64,000 nucleotides of DNA from Eledone cirrhosa (lineage: Eukaryota), in assembly GCA_964016885.1 (NCBI GenBank), contig OZ024740.1, positions 171,740,001 to 171,804,000 on the forward strand. The letters run 5' to 3'. The notes beneath the pieces are model-generated. The model was not told the origin of the DNA, made no database searches, and was given only the letters and a program-made list of their open reading frames with translations. The position numbers were made by a program, and so were the translations under genes. Position 1 is the stretch's first letter. Each line of letters opens with the position of its first letter. Shown here piece after piece: positions 36,783 through 52,472 of the stretch.

Positions 36783-39700
36783 CACTTGATATAGACGTGA
36801 ATTACTTCGCTCCGGATTTTTACGGATTATTGTCAAAAAAACTTTTTTGCTCAATTTAATAGCATTGTTTAGTTTAACCCCTTGCCTGGGCCTTCAGACG
36901 TTGAGTCAACTAATTTTCGCCCCTTTCTGGGGCGAAATTTTCATTTTCATCTCAAAACTGTGTAGAATTGGTAGTCAGCAATGGATGCCATTTCAACCTC
37001 GCACACTGTCGTGAGTGCCACGCCCACTAAGAAAAGTGGTGGAGGGAAGGTAGGAGTACAAAGCTTGCAGCCTTCCCCCCTCGCATTATCGAAAAACGTT
37101 GAAAATATTGAAACCACGAAACCAAACCCGGTAAATAATACCAGCACCACAACAAGAACAATGACAATAACACCACAGCCAACAACTGCAACAATAGCAA
37201 CACCAAGGAAAACATGAACAATATTACCAACAGTGACAACAACAACAGCAACAAAAAAGACAACAACACCAAAACAACGTTCGCACAGACTGTAAAAAAA
37301 ACGAACTATACACGCCAATTGACATAACAAATGCTAAACAACTACTACAAGACGCAAAACAATTCGTGTTTTGGCGAAAACGGTGCTTTTAACATCAATT
37401 CTCCACAGGAATTACGTAGAGAAGCTGTGGTTTTCAGGACAATATCGAACGAAACAAGAAAACCAGCTCAATTATCACAAAATTAAATTGAGCTGGTTCT
37501 AAAAGATGCAATGAAGGACATAACCTTCATACAAAAAGGTAAACTGTTTGGTAGCATTTCGGTGCTAATGAACAACCAGTCAACAGCACAAAAATACTCA
37601 GTATCATCCATTGTGTCTCCCCGCTTCAGCTTTTTCCCCACATACAGGAGAAAAAGGACACAAAGAATAAAAATAATGAGTATCACACCAAATGTAAATA
37701 TTTGGTGGATACTATGTGGAATCATTGACTTTGATGAAGACAAGATAATTTCAATAGGAAAGTCCTCCGGAGGTGTATTTGGTGGGACCAACGTAGAAGT
37801 TCTGGTGCAAATGAGCCCAGAACGAATAGCGAATATCCCACAACGCGTGCCTCTGGACGGGCTAACATATATAAACATTTCAGAGGAGGGAAGGCGGCCG
37901 TCATGTTACCACTACTTAAGGGCTGCCTGTCCTCAATTAACGAGTCAAAAAAAAAGGCTCTTCTGCCAACCCCGAACACAACAACACAACCACCACCACC
38001 ACCACCACCACAACAACAACAACAACTACAACAACACAAAACATGTAGGGGCATGTCCCGATAGAGGGGGGTGTAACAGCCTCAAACGATTAATCGGCCG
38101 ATTTGATCTGGCCGATAGATATCGACTAGATTTTCCGACTGTGCCACTGTGGACGTGGACTAATCGCAGCGGAACATCTATGTCGTACCTAGATAGGTTC
38201 CTCGTTAGAAATAAGGATAGGGACATATTAAGCTGTCCACGAATGTTCATGGTTGACTATTCGGATCACAAGTTGGTGACCGGAGTGGTCAACCTTGATA
38301 GAACTCATAGACAGGGAGCCGGTTACTGGAAGCTAAACTTGTCTTTACCGACAAACAAAGCTTACAGTAAGCGGATTAGCACACTAGTTAAGCAGCGTTT
38401 GACGGGGGCAATTCTCAACAGCAGGTGGTGGGGTTCTTTGATGCGAAGCACGAGGGCTGCGTTGTCAGAAGAAAAATACATGCACTGGGTAACGAGGGAG
38501 CCAAAGCTGTTAGCTGGGCCCGAGTGACAGAGGCAAAAAGTAGAAACAAGTCAACGATTCGGTCTTTGAAAGACCAGGATGGACGCGTGATCCTTGAACC
38601 TGAGCGGATGAGCGCGGCCTTTCAACGGCGCTTTGCACGACTGTTCGGGAGGGGCGGCGGGCCGGGTGGGGCAATGGATTTCGGTCCATACCTCGACGGT
38701 CTGGCGCGGCTCTCGGACGGGGAGGCGAAGTCCTGTGAGAGGCCGATTTCAGCCGCTGAAATAGGGGAAGCGCTGAGCCAATGCGGCAAACGCAAATCTC
38801 CGGGTCTCGATGGTCTACCATACGAACTTTATGTAGCGATGCCGGGCTTGTTCTCCGGTCTCCTCGAGGCGGTCTACTGCAACTGGCAACAGAACGGGAG
38901 AATTCCCAGTTCTGTGACCAAGGGCGTAGTCACGCTGGTGAGGAAGGACGAGAACAAGGGGGATGACATAGATAACTTCAGGCCCATAACTCTGCTAAAC
39001 ACAGAGTTAAAGATTTTGGCCAAGGTGTTAGCGAAGAGGTTGGCGCTTGTCGTCGGGAACCTGGTGGGAGAAGCGCAGACATGCGCAATCCCGTCCAGGT
39101 CCATACACGACAACCTCCACCTCATGCGATACATCGTAGAGAGAGTAGGGAACGAACCCGGCTTTGGTGGGGCCCTGATCAACTTGGATCAATCTAAAGC
39201 GTTCGATAGGGTTGACCATCGGTACCTGGATGCGGTGCTCGCGGCGGCAGGCTTCGGACCCGTTTTCAGAGGCTGGATTGCTGCAATGCACAGTAGCAAC
39301 ACCTGCTCGAGGGTCAAGGTGAACGGCTACCTCTCGGAGCCGTTCCAAATCATGCGATCCATCCGACAGGGATGCCCTCTCTCCTCCCTCCTGTATGTGC
39401 TGGCTCTCGAGCCACTACTGCGGAAGCTGGATCTGTTGCAGGGCATCCGCTTGGAACCGGGATTGCGGAAAGCGGTGTCGGCTTACGCCGATGACGTGAC
39501 AGTAATGGTGTCGTGCGCCTCGGAAATCGGGCAGATCGGCACCTTACTGGAGGAATATGAAAGGTTCACAGGAGCCAAGCTGAACCAGGACAAGTCCGTC
39601 GGTTTGCAATTCGGGACGTGGAGGGGAAAACGATGCCCTCCGACGACGTCGTCGGACGCTGGACGGAGGAACCGGTGAAGCTGCTCGGGGTCTGGTTCGG

Positions 39701-41103
39701 ACCGGACCTCCAGGTGGAGAAAAACTGGGACGAGGTAACGGGCAAGGTGCACTCGCCCAGAAGTGGGCCGAGTTCAAACTATACCTGAAAGTTCGAGCGG
39801 AGGTGGCGAACGCTTATATAGCGTCCGTCATCTACTACCGCTTGACCGTCGTGCCTTGCCCAGAGAAAATACTCGCCAAAATGGAGCGTGCGCTCTTCCG
39901 ATTTCTTTGGAAGAAGCGGGCTCCTTTGGTGAGAAGATCCATCTGCTGTCAACACCCTTCGAACGGAGGGCTGGGGAGGCCGTGGCTGACGATGCGTAGA
40001 CACGCATTAAGGCTACGGCACCTCCAGGAATTCCTCACCGGTCAGCCGGTGTGGGCCCTGTTTGTGAGGCGAGCCTTTCCGAGACTCGTCTCACTCACCG
40101 AGCTGCAATCCTGGGTCAAGCAAAGACCGAGAAAAGTGGGCGATTGGCACATTGAATGTGCCCAGGCGCTCACGGCTCTCTGGCAAGCGGATCCGGCAAT
40201 CAGTGGAGACTCAACCTCAACATTCTATAGAGGGTTGGTGCGCAGTAAGTGCGACGACGCTCTCGAGAGGCTCTGGGCATGGAGGAAGATGAGCTGACCA
40301 GTCTGTTCGGTAGGACGTTTGTCCCGGGACCGATGGACAACTTCCAAAAGTCCCTGGCTTGGCAATGTTACCGAGGAGCTCTACTCGTTCGGGACAAGCT
40401 CTACAGACACGGGCGCCCGGGTAGGGACCCCTCGAAGAAGATCTGTCCGAGATGCGTACGTGACGAGGAAACCGTCGCACACGCATTCGTACACTGCCCG
40501 GGCGTTGCTGACCTGTGGGGCTATGTGGAACGACTACTGTCGCGGGTAGGACCAATCCGGTTGACCACCGAGAACATTGTCACGATCAAACCGCCTCCCC
40601 TTTCAAAAACGAAGGAGAGGCGGTTTTCCTCTGTGTGATAGCTATGGCGAAATAAGTTGTATGGTGGACAAGGTTGAAAGGGCTGAGGTCAGACACCTTT
40701 CTCTCCGGCCAACACTGGTCTTTTTTTTCAAGTACCACTTTAGAAGAAGGATCAGAATGGAGAGAGAGGTGCTCTACCCCAGCAAGTTTTATGAAAGATG
40801 GGTGAAAGTAGCGAGAATGGCCCGAGTGAATGGGCCTTCTCTCTATATCAGTCTGTAGGTGAGAGAGGAGAAGAATGAGAAGAGGAAGGAAGTACCCGTT
40901 CTTTGTGCTCCTGAAGAGGAGGGTTGCACATTTTTTCGGGGGGGTGGGGTGCGACCCATGTCAACGCCCCTCCCTATTGAGGACATCGATTGTTAAATTT
41001 AATTTGTTATATGTTTTTTACACGTCTTTTTAAATGTATGTAAACTCCTCCCTTTTGTATTTGTCCCAATCTTTGATGCCCTGGTGGCAAATAAATAGAA
41101 ATT
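36783..41103 (+). mobile_element. L1/Tx1-type LINE, internally deleted and frameshifted, with 12-bp TSD
   Basis: ORF1-like region with broken zinc knuckle (GRRPSCY..LRAACP); APE C-terminus (WTW..SYLDR..SDH); RT (KSPGLDGL, FRPITLLN, DQSKAFDRV, RQGCPLS, YADD); CPRC..H...C; AATAAA; TSD tatatcaattac at 36771-36782 and 41104-41115. Confidence 0.9.
38425..39678 (+). pseudogene. LINE reverse transcriptase domain (ORF2 fragment)
   Basis: 417-aa ORF with the full RT motif set, bounded by frameshifts. Confidence 0.9.
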
Positions 41104-41470
41104 TATATCAATTACTATCAAACTCTCCCCCTCTCTATATCTATATTTATCTCTCCCATCTGTCTCTACATAACATGTGCATAAATTGTAGCACATATAC
41201 AAATAGATGTGTGCCTTGGTAGTTTGGGGATAAAAATATAATTATTGGGGGTGGAGAATGGCACCCTTGCCCCCCCCCCCCCCCGGCCGTTTCACCACCT
41301 CTGTATATATATATATGAACGTATTATATATAAACGTATTATATACAGTAAACATATATACATTCGAAATCGTGAGTGCATAGGACAAAGAATATATAAA
41401 AAAAAAATAAAATCCATCTCCTTAGTCAACCTCTCAAAATCACTATGGTTTAGATGCATTGAGGTCGATA

Positions 41471-41518
<48 letters not shown>

Positions 41519-41612
41519 CACACACACACACATACACACACACACATACACGCACACACACACACGTATATATATATATATATTTTATATATATATATGT
41601 ATAAAATAAAAA

Positions 41613-41958
41613 TAAAAAATATTTTGCTCTACATGGCTGAATACAATAAATGTAATCTGAGAATATTAATAATTGTTTCTACTTTTGGCACAAGGCCAGC
41701 AATTATCCCGGTGCATTACTAGTACTTTATTTTATCGACCCCGTAAGTATGAAAGGCAAAGTTAACGGGATTTGAACTCAGACCGTAAAGAGACATAACT
41801 ATGCTGGAAAGCATGGCGTCCGACCATCTACCGATACTGCCAATCCACCATTCGTTTGCAATTATGCAAACATGGCTTTAAAAATGAGGCCTGTTTGCAT
41901 AATTGCAAACGAATCGAATGTTATTATTAATATTCGAAAAACTCATATTACATTTATA
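41613..41958. mobile_element. Family Q fold-back element interrupted by a SINE
   Basis: Matches 16209-16470 in reverse orientation; SINE inserted at 41671-41850. Confidence 0.75.
41671..41850 (-). mobile_element. tRNA-derived SINE (family 1)
   Basis: Reverse complement of the family 1 sequence. Confidence 0.85.
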
Positions 41959-41977
41959 TATATATATTTATTTATAT

Positions 41978-42692
41978 AAACGGAAAAAATAAAACAAAAT
42001 TTCATTTCTCACTCTTAGTACGGCTGTTACTTAAATATAAGTATGTATACGTACATACATATATGTATACAGACGTACAGTAGTATGTATATATATATAC
42101 ATACATGCACACATATATATATGTACGTATGGATTCACCGAACATTTATTATAATTGTTTCTACTTTAGGCACAAGGCCAGCAATTACTGCATTTATTAT
42201 AATGAAGCTTGAAACTAGTACAGCGTCTGTATACATATATGTATGTACGTATACATACTTATATTTAAGTAACAGTCGTACTAAGAGTGAGAAATGAAAT
42301 TTCGTTTCATTTTTTCTGTTTATCGTTTTCGGTGCCCCGGCCGATTAACTCTATCGATATGCAAATTAGGCTGCTCAGCCGTTAATATGCATAAGGAAAG
42401 TATATACTTTCAGACGTTCAATCATCTGGCAGGAAGGTATACGTTGCTGACGATAGCTAATAAGCTTGAAACTAGTACAGCGTTCCTTTGTCAGTGTTGA
42501 ACAAATCAGCAACGATAGTTGCTATACACTGTACGGCTTAATTCGGGATGTTTGTTTACAAACACACCGAGCATTATAATAAATGTTCGGTGAATGCATA
42601 CGTACATATATATATCTGTGCATGTATGTATATATATATAATACTACTGTACGTCTGTATACATATATGTATGTACGTATACATACTTATAT
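41978..42692. mobile_element. Family C HHR element: antisense arm, SINE scrap, then just over one sense monomer (428 bp)
   Basis: cgtctgtatacatatatgtatgtacgt recurs at 42224 and 42652. Confidence 0.85.
42441..42483 (+). ncRNA. Minimal type I hammerhead ribozyme (family C)
   Basis: Identical to 23901-23943. Confidence 0.88.
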
Positions 42693-42819
42693 TCAAAAAA
42701 CATACTTACATGTTTACATTTATAATTTGCTTGTATATATATATATATAGACAGCCTCCAAAAGTAATGGTCGCTTCTAATAGGGTACGTCAAAATTATT
42801 TATAAAACTTTATATATTG

Positions 42820-42879
42820 TATTTTGTCTGATGAAGCCATATTTTAATTTGGTATCCCTGAAATATGTATAATGAAATA
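42820..42879 (+). ncRNA. Type I hammerhead ribozyme (family E)
   Basis: tattttgt-CTGATGA-agccat...ggtatccct-GAAA-tatgta-TA-atgaaata. Confidence 0.68.
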
Positions 42880-43262
42880 AATATGGTTTTATAAATATAG
42901 TTTCCATTTATTTAATATCGTATATATATATATAGAGATTAGATATATATATATATGCTTGAAGGAAAATAAAGAATTATATATGATAGTATATAATTGC
43001 CACTCCCTTGAAGCACGTGTAAGGAAATAAATATGTTTATATATATATACATATATGTGATTGGCGGTTGCACTGAGACAGCGTTTAAGCATAATAGAGG
43101 TGTATATGAAAACATATAAACATATATGCCACGTTTATATACAGGAAACATATGGGTAGCGCCGCTGCCGATGAAAAATATTTTTTTCGTAATGAAAGCA
43201 AACGAAAAACATTTTTCTCTAGTTTCCTCCATGAATATATCATAGAGTTGCACGTATAGTTT

Positions 43263-43317
43263 GAGAATGTCAGACAGCACTGTTTCAAGATTTGTTAATC
43301 TTTCATCAGTGACTCTC
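43263..43317 (-). ncRNA. Type I hammerhead ribozyme (family M)
   Basis: Minus strand gagagtca-CTGATGA-aagat-taacaa-atctt-GAAA-cagtgctg-TC-tgacattctc; GUC triplet. Confidence 0.88.
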
Positions 43318-43441
43318 AATCAAAACGCACTGGTATGAAATAGACTATAGTCTAGAATTTTGCATGATGAATATTTGCTGGAGATGCTCATTTGCATATA
43401 GTGCGAGCTTGGCTGGTTATATATATATATATTAGAAAGCC

Positions 43442-43492
43442 AGATTCCTGATGATTTCTAAAGAATGAAACAGTTCTAGTCCTGTAGAATCT
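43442..43492 (+). ncRNA. Type I hammerhead ribozyme at the 5' end of Penelope element 1 (family D)
   Basis: agattc-CTGATGA-tttctaaagaat-GAAA-cag-ttctagtc-ctg-TA-gaatct. Confidence 0.85.
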
Positions 43493-43525
43493 CATCTATA
43501 TTAAAAATGTATACTCTGCTATGTA

Positions 43526-45759
43526 TTGAGTACCTTACTTACTGTGGTTACCTCTGATTCAACCCGGAATAACTTACCTTTTAGCACTCTTTGTGCCCCT
43601 TATAACCATCACCAAGAAACTATGCTGACCAAACTCGACCTTGATGTCTCCATGAAGAACATCCCCATCCCTCCAAGGAAACTTTACCTAAAAACACTCA
43701 GACGTACCGACGAGTTCATCAAGCGAATTAGATGTAGAGCCTTCTTCCTCAACAACCCTGATGTAGCATCTACCAATGATGAGAAGTTCGGCTTCAAAAC
43801 GAATAAGGCACCACCCACCAACAGCCTACTTGAACCATTTGAAGAAGACCTCTTCAAGATGATCAAAGATATAAAATTCCGTAGAGCCACCACACCATTC
43901 CAGGCCTACTTAAATACTGAATTGCGGAATATAAACAAATCCCCTAATCTTCATGTCTTCTCCGATAAAACCAAAAACGTTTATGAGGTAGACCCACAGA
44001 CCTACAATAAGCTGGCAAAAAATGCCATTACAACCACCTACAAAAAGGTAATAGAGATGGCATTGACTGAGACAAACGCGGCCGAAAAAGAAATCGCCAA
44101 GTTCCTTAAATTACATGACCAAACCGAACCTTTAAGGGTAAAGACCCCGCACTTTTCCCTGAAGGACCATAAGGGAAACTTCCTCAACAAACCATCAGTC
44201 AGACTTGTCAACCTCACTCGTTCGGATATCGGCTCTATCAGTAAGAAGATCCTAGATAGAGTTCTACCATCATTGCGGGTTGCCTCACCACTCCCACTCT
44301 GGAGCAGAGCATCTGAAGCAATATCTTGGTTCCAAGAATTACCCGACAAACGCCACACTCGCTTCCTGCAACTTTACATAGAAAACTACTATACTTCTAT
44401 CTCGGATCCCCTCCTAAAGGACGCAATTACCTTTACTAGGAATTTTACCACCATAACCGATGCTGAGCAAGATGTTATCCTCCATGCTCGTAAGACCTTC
44501 CTATACCACTATGGATCTTACTGGATCAACAAGAAGTCTCAGACCCCATTTGACGTCAGCATGGAAGCGAGTGACTCGGCTGAAATTAGCGACCTTGTGG
44601 GCCTGTACATTTTACATCACCTGAAGAACCTCTTTACTGGCCTAACCGAAGGTTTATACCGAGACGACGGCCTCTTCTTCCTGCACAAAGTTAACCCCAG
44701 AATCACCGATGGGTTTCGGAGAAACTTAAGCTCGTTCTTCCGTAATCTAGGATTCAGTATAACTATAGAATCTAATATGACTAGGCCCAACTTTTTAGAT
44801 GTCACTCTCAACCTAGATACTTCCTTCTATTACCCGTACCACAAACCTAATGAGTCCCTTAGATATATTAATGTTAATTCTAACCACCCCCAAAACATCA
44901 CTGATAACTTAGTAAAAAGCGTCTCTATTAGAATCTCTGGCCTCTCTGCCAATGAAGATATTTTTAACGCCTCTGCCTTCTACTACAATGATGCCCTTGC
45001 CTGCAGCGGATTTAAAGAAAAGATAACCTACCTAGAAACCACCGCAAGCCTACATAGGAGGAATAGGCATAGGCAGATTAGCTGGTACTTCAATAGAGAG
45101 GTCTCTACACTTATAGCTAGGATTTTCTTCACTTTGCTGAACACACACTTCCCCATACAACATAGGTACTACACCATCTTTAATAAGAACACAATAAGAC
45201 TCTCCTACTCCACCACACTTAATCTAGCTACGAATATAGCCAATCATAATTCTAAAAAATAAAAAAGCCAACCACCCCCGAACCCAATCTCCGGACTGGG
45301 GCCTTGTGTAATTTCCTAAATAAGGAAGCCTGCCCACTTGAAAACAAATGCTGGACAAATGATATCGTATATAAATGCGATGTCATCTCAGGCACCGATG
45401 ATTGCAACAACAAAACGATTTACATCGGCATGACTTCCAATAACTTTAAGACCCGGTGTTATGCCCATACCCACTCCTTCAGAAGACCGGACAAATCAAA
45501 CCAGACAACCCTCGCTTCCTATGTTTGGGACCTCAAAAGGAACTCCACCCCCTTCACGCTTAAATAGAAAATAATCCAGAGAGCGCGCTCATACAACGGA
45601 GGACACAAGTGCTGCGACCTTTGTATCTCAGAGAGCTACGAAATTTTATTCGCCAAGGGTCCGCTACTGGACAAACTCTCTGAACACTGCCCGAACTGCA
45701 TGCACAAAAACTTTGCAACTTTCAAATACCTTAAGCCGGTGTTAATGCCCGATGGCTAA
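43526..45759 (+). mobile_element. Penelope-like element 1: RT plus C-terminal GIY-YIG endonuclease (disrupted)
   Basis: SMKNIPIP, GLYRDDG, NFLDVTL, YHKP; then CN..CPL..C, IVYKC...IYIGMT, FKTR..H, CDLCISE; stop and frameshift near 45260 and an in-frame TAG at 45565. Confidence 0.92.
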
Positions 45760-46214
45760 AAACGACTTCCCCTTTTATTCTTTTTTTTTAAACGCCAGCC
45801 CACAAAATAGCCCCCTCTACCTCTTTCAAGCCCCACCCCACCCCTCCTCAACCTGAAACACGGTACTATGGTTATGTAAGTACCTATCTGCATTTTCTGC
45901 TTGTAGAGCTGTTTTTATGAGCCTGTGTATATGCGTATATTTATGAGTACATGTTTGTATGTACTTGTATGAGTGGCCGTTCGTTTGTTTGCATATGTAT
46001 ATACATATTTATTTATTTACTTACTAGACGCTCTTGTATTATCTGTCACATGTGCTCCACCAAAAGCTTTTAATTTTAATTTTGAATCTTATTGTACAGT
46101 TATGGTATAACATAATATATGTCGCATCCATCCCACACTGTTGTCCACAATATGTATCTGTATGATTCTTCAGCGGAATAGGAGGCTGATTATATGTACA
46201 AACATTATTAATAA

Positions 46215-46261
46215 TGCTCCGAAGACCTCAAGCCTAGGCTTGGAAGAAACAATTGTCAGCA
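46215..46261 (+). ncRNA. Hammerhead ribozyme with a core substitution (family N)
   Basis: tgct-CCGAAGA-cctcaagc-ctag-gcttggaa-GAAA-caattg-TC-agca; C in place of the conserved U4. Confidence 0.6.
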
Positions 46262-46458
46262 ATTAAATGTTCTAACATAGCTTTGATTCTTGTGTATTCT
46301 ATATTACTGCTCTGTAATGATGTTCTTACATTGAGCTATTTATCTTACTGGTAATAAGGTAGTAATAAATTACTGACCTTACCTTACCTGTTTATAGTTG
46401 TATATAGTATATACATAACTATAAATAGTATCCTTAATATTATGTACATACATATACA

Positions 46459-46545
<87 letters not shown>

Positions 46546-46687
46546 AGAATATTTTCGAAACAGCAAGTGGATTTGAAATTATTAGAAATGTTAGCTATCG
46601 CCGTATTTTGACTAAAGAAATTACCATGACCTTAGATGTTTCTGCCCTAGTAGACCTATAAGAGGTAGACCCCCCACCATAACCTCA

Positions 46688-48139
46688 ATGGCTAAAAAGA
46701 CTCCCATAGGAAGGTGGATTGGGTGGACCAAAGCCATACGGACCCCCCAAAACACTGATCAGGTAAGAAAAATGGTCGCACATGCAATAGGGGCTAGTAT
46801 CAAAACTACCCTAAAGGGCCACATATTTAAGTTCAATGAGAAAATCTACACCCAAAATGAGGGAGCAGCCATCGGCGTCAGCATAGCTGGTGATGTTGCC
46901 AACCTTTTCATGGTATGGTGGGAAAAGAGACTTAAAGATCTCCTTAATGAAAGCTCCATAGACCTCATCATGTACTCTCGTTATGTAGATGATATCAATA
47001 TAGTTATAAGAACACCCCCACTAGAGAGCACTAACAAGTTTGATTTAGAACGTAGCACGATGGAAAGCATCCAGCAGATAGCTAATTCCATGCACCAGAG
47101 TATAACTGTAACTATAGACTTCCCTTCCAAACACCCTAACAATAGACTACCTGTATTAGACACAGAACTCTGGATTAACACTATAGACGAGAGAGCCCAA
47201 ATTCTCCACTCACACTATGCTAAACCCATGGCCTCCAAATACCTGATACTCAAAAACTCAGCAATGTCCAGTAGTGCTAAGTTTAATATTCTGATCGCAG
47301 ATTTGGTACGAGTGATGAAGAATGTGTCCAGCATGTGCGACCCAACAGAAATGGAAGGACACATCCAACACTTCATCAACCGCATGCAGTTCTCTGGCTA
47401 CAACCAAAGAGACAGAGTCAGAGTATACGAAGGAGCCATGGAAAAGTATAAGACCCTCATAGAACTGGACATGAAAGGAATCTGCCCACTATACAGGAGC
47501 AAATCATGGAATAGCTTAGATAGGGCTAGACATAAGATAGGGAAGGCCACATCATGGTACGACAACCAGAGATATCAGAGTGTCATGTTTGTGGACGCCA
47601 CCCCTGGAGGGAAATTAGCTAACCAGTGTAGAAAGGCCCTGAGAAAGACCCACTTAAAAATAAAGGTGGTAGAAAAGCCAGGAACCACCATAAAATCCCT
47701 GATCAGCAAAACCTACCCTTTTAAGAAAACCCACTGTACCACTAGGAAATGTATCATATGTAAGGTGAACCCCCGGATAAACTGTAAAACTAGAAACGTA
47801 GTCTATAGCATAAGATGTACAGAGGGTACTTGCAGAAACATGACAACAACATACATAGGTGAGACAGCTCGTAGCATAGGTGAAAGGATAGACCAACACT
47901 GGGGGGAACTAAAAGGACGAAAAAACGGGTCAGTACTATACGAACATGCTAGACAACAACATGACGGTAACATAGACAACATAGAAATTAGAATAATATC
48001 TAAACATAGGAATGACCCAGCAGATAGGCAAATCAGAGAGGCCAGTGAAATAGAAATTAGAAGACCAAAGCTAAACAGAAAGAATGAGTGGAACAACAAC
48101 AACACCCAAACAAACAACACTGACCTAAGAGAAGTATAA
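46688..48139 (+). mobile_element. Penelope-like element 2, 5'-truncated; open RT C-terminal half plus GIY-YIG
   Basis: QNEGAAIG, YSRYVDD, LPVLD, HYAKP; Cys-rich linker CTTRKCIIC..C; NVVYSIRC...YIGETARS..R..H, REA.EI, LN. Confidence 0.92.
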
Positions 48140-48418
48140 ATAAGTAAATAAAATTAAATAAAATAAGATAAATAAATACATACACAAGCACAATAACAAC
48201 AAGCACATAAACACACACTAGTCACCCAGCAGACACAACACTATACACACTAGTCACACATCACACATAACACTATACACACACGCAAACGCATGCGCAA
48301 AGAAGACAAAATAAAATAAGATAAACAAACAAGCAAATAAATAAATAAATATATAGACAGACTGAATAAAAAATGGCGTAGACATACAACACAACAGGAG
48401 GAACAATGAATATAACAC

Positions 48419-48465
48419 CACTGACGATGTTGCAGATGTGCAACGAAAGATTTATGTAAATTATG
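48419..48465 (+). ncRNA. Probable hammerhead in the 3' region of Penelope element 2 (family O)
   Basis: ca-CTGACGA-t-gttgca-gatg-tgcaac-GAAA-gattt-atgt-aaatta-tg; core and stem II clear, stems I and III imperfect. Confidence 0.6.
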
Positions 48466-48671
48466 TAAACTATATATATATATATGTGTTTGTGTCTATA
48501 TTGTATCTGTATTATTTTTGACCGCCGGTCAGTCAATGGCAACATTGAGGACCGAGTAAGTTAGATCGCAGATATAATAAAAGACAGCGAGAAGCGAAAA
48601 CCAACCAAACAGTGAGTGTGTTCTGTTATTAATTCTGGCAATATTACGCAAATATGACCCTCCCCAAGTAT

Positions 48672-48727
<56 letters not shown>

Positions 48728-48746
48728 ATATATGTATATATGTATG

Positions 48747-48777
<31 letters not shown>

Positions 48778-48792
48778 GTATATATATATACA

Positions 48793-49335
<543 letters not shown>

Positions 49336-49336
49336 T

Positions 49337-49367
<31 letters not shown>

Positions 49368-49376
49368 ATATTTATG

Positions 49377-49407
<31 letters not shown>

Positions 49408-49612
49408 GTATTATGTATGTATATGTATATATATATATGTGTGTATGTGTGTGTTGATATATATATATTAGTAGTAGTAGTAGTACAGATGTACAGATTA
49501 AAGTACTGAAGATCCTGTAAAAAGGTGGAAATACCGATTCTTTGCTTAACATTTAATCTGTGCTAATACTAATTATTTGCTCTACGGGTTTTCTCACTCA
49601 CACAGACAGACG

Positions 49613-49647
<35 letters not shown>

Positions 49648-49654
49648 GTATACG

Positions 49655-50955
<1,301 letters not shown>

Positions 50956-51087
50956 ATCCTTATCGAACCCCCTTCGGATTTTGGTCTTTATAATTATCAT
51001 TACTATATATATATATATATATAACCCTGTGATAAACAGGCGAAGCTCCAGAGTAACAAGACTCACTTTTTAGCTTTCATAGGATTG

Positions 51088-51222
<135 letters not shown>

Positions 51223-52303
51223 TTAAAGACACATCTGCTTTTGAGTCTCAGTTTCCTTATTAGTAACTTCTTGTATTTTCTAATTTCTAAGTTCTCTGTT
51301 GTTTCTTTGGAGCAACTAAGATGCAAAGTCCATAATTTAACCGATCTACTAGTCTGTCACAGTCTTATCAGGAGGAATGCTGTTTGCTTATTTTACTGCC
51401 TCTTTTATTGTAAGCATGTGTATATTATGGCATTTTATGCAGTTCTTTCTTGACCAATATTCTATGGCTTTCCTATCGGAATTTGAAACTTAAATCTTGA
51501 CCTTTAAACTGATACACTGTAGGCAGTAGCGGACTGGGTCTAAAAATATTGGTTTCCAGGAGATGAAGGGGGCCTACCTACATATAGAAATTTATCATTT
51601 AATTTTTATAATGAATAACATTTAAAAAAAATACATCAGTGGAAACAAAACAGTGCAATCAAATTTTTGCTGAAAAATATCTTACCTTCAGCAATAAAAA
51701 ATATTATGTATTTTGTGAAATCCAGAGACTTTCAATAATAACCAGAAATCGACCCTAAATATTACTAATAGCTCTAGAAAAGCCATAAACAACAGCACAT
51801 CTTTTTAACTTTGATTTTGAAAGTAGGTTTATAATTATCAATTTTCATTATACTTTTGTAGCTCTCTCGGTGGCCTAATCATAGACGGTGGTGATCCTGG
51901 GCTGAAGTTCGATCCTGAGCGAGGGTAGGGTTCCCGGTATATCTTTTTCTTTTGTTGTAAAATAAAAACTGAGAAAAGTTACACGTACCTCTTCACCAGG
52001 ATTGAACCCAAGGTCAAGATCTCCACCGTCTCTAACACCTACAGCTAGGCCACAGAGACAACTACGATAATCTTGTGAAAATTCATCCTTATAAAACCTA
52101 CTTTCAAAATTTTGAAAACTAAGTGTTGTGGTTATCTTCATGTCTTTCTTAATGTTATGGCTCCTACTTAAGGTCAACTTCTAAATCATTTGGGTGTTCT
52201 ATAAACTACATCCTCGTTTTGTTTCTCATCTATCTAGACTATATTTTAACCCGTATTCCATGTTTCATTTCTGTTCCATCTCAATTCTCCCCCTCCCCCC
52301 CCC

Positions 52304-52339
<36 letters not shown>

Positions 52340-52472
52340 TTCTTTCTCATTCTCTCTGTGATATTTGAATCTACTATGATTTGGGCTTACCTTATTCCTA
52401 TATATATGTTTTTGCATGTCAGTTAGATTCAAACTTACAATGATTGGCATTATATATATATATATATATATA

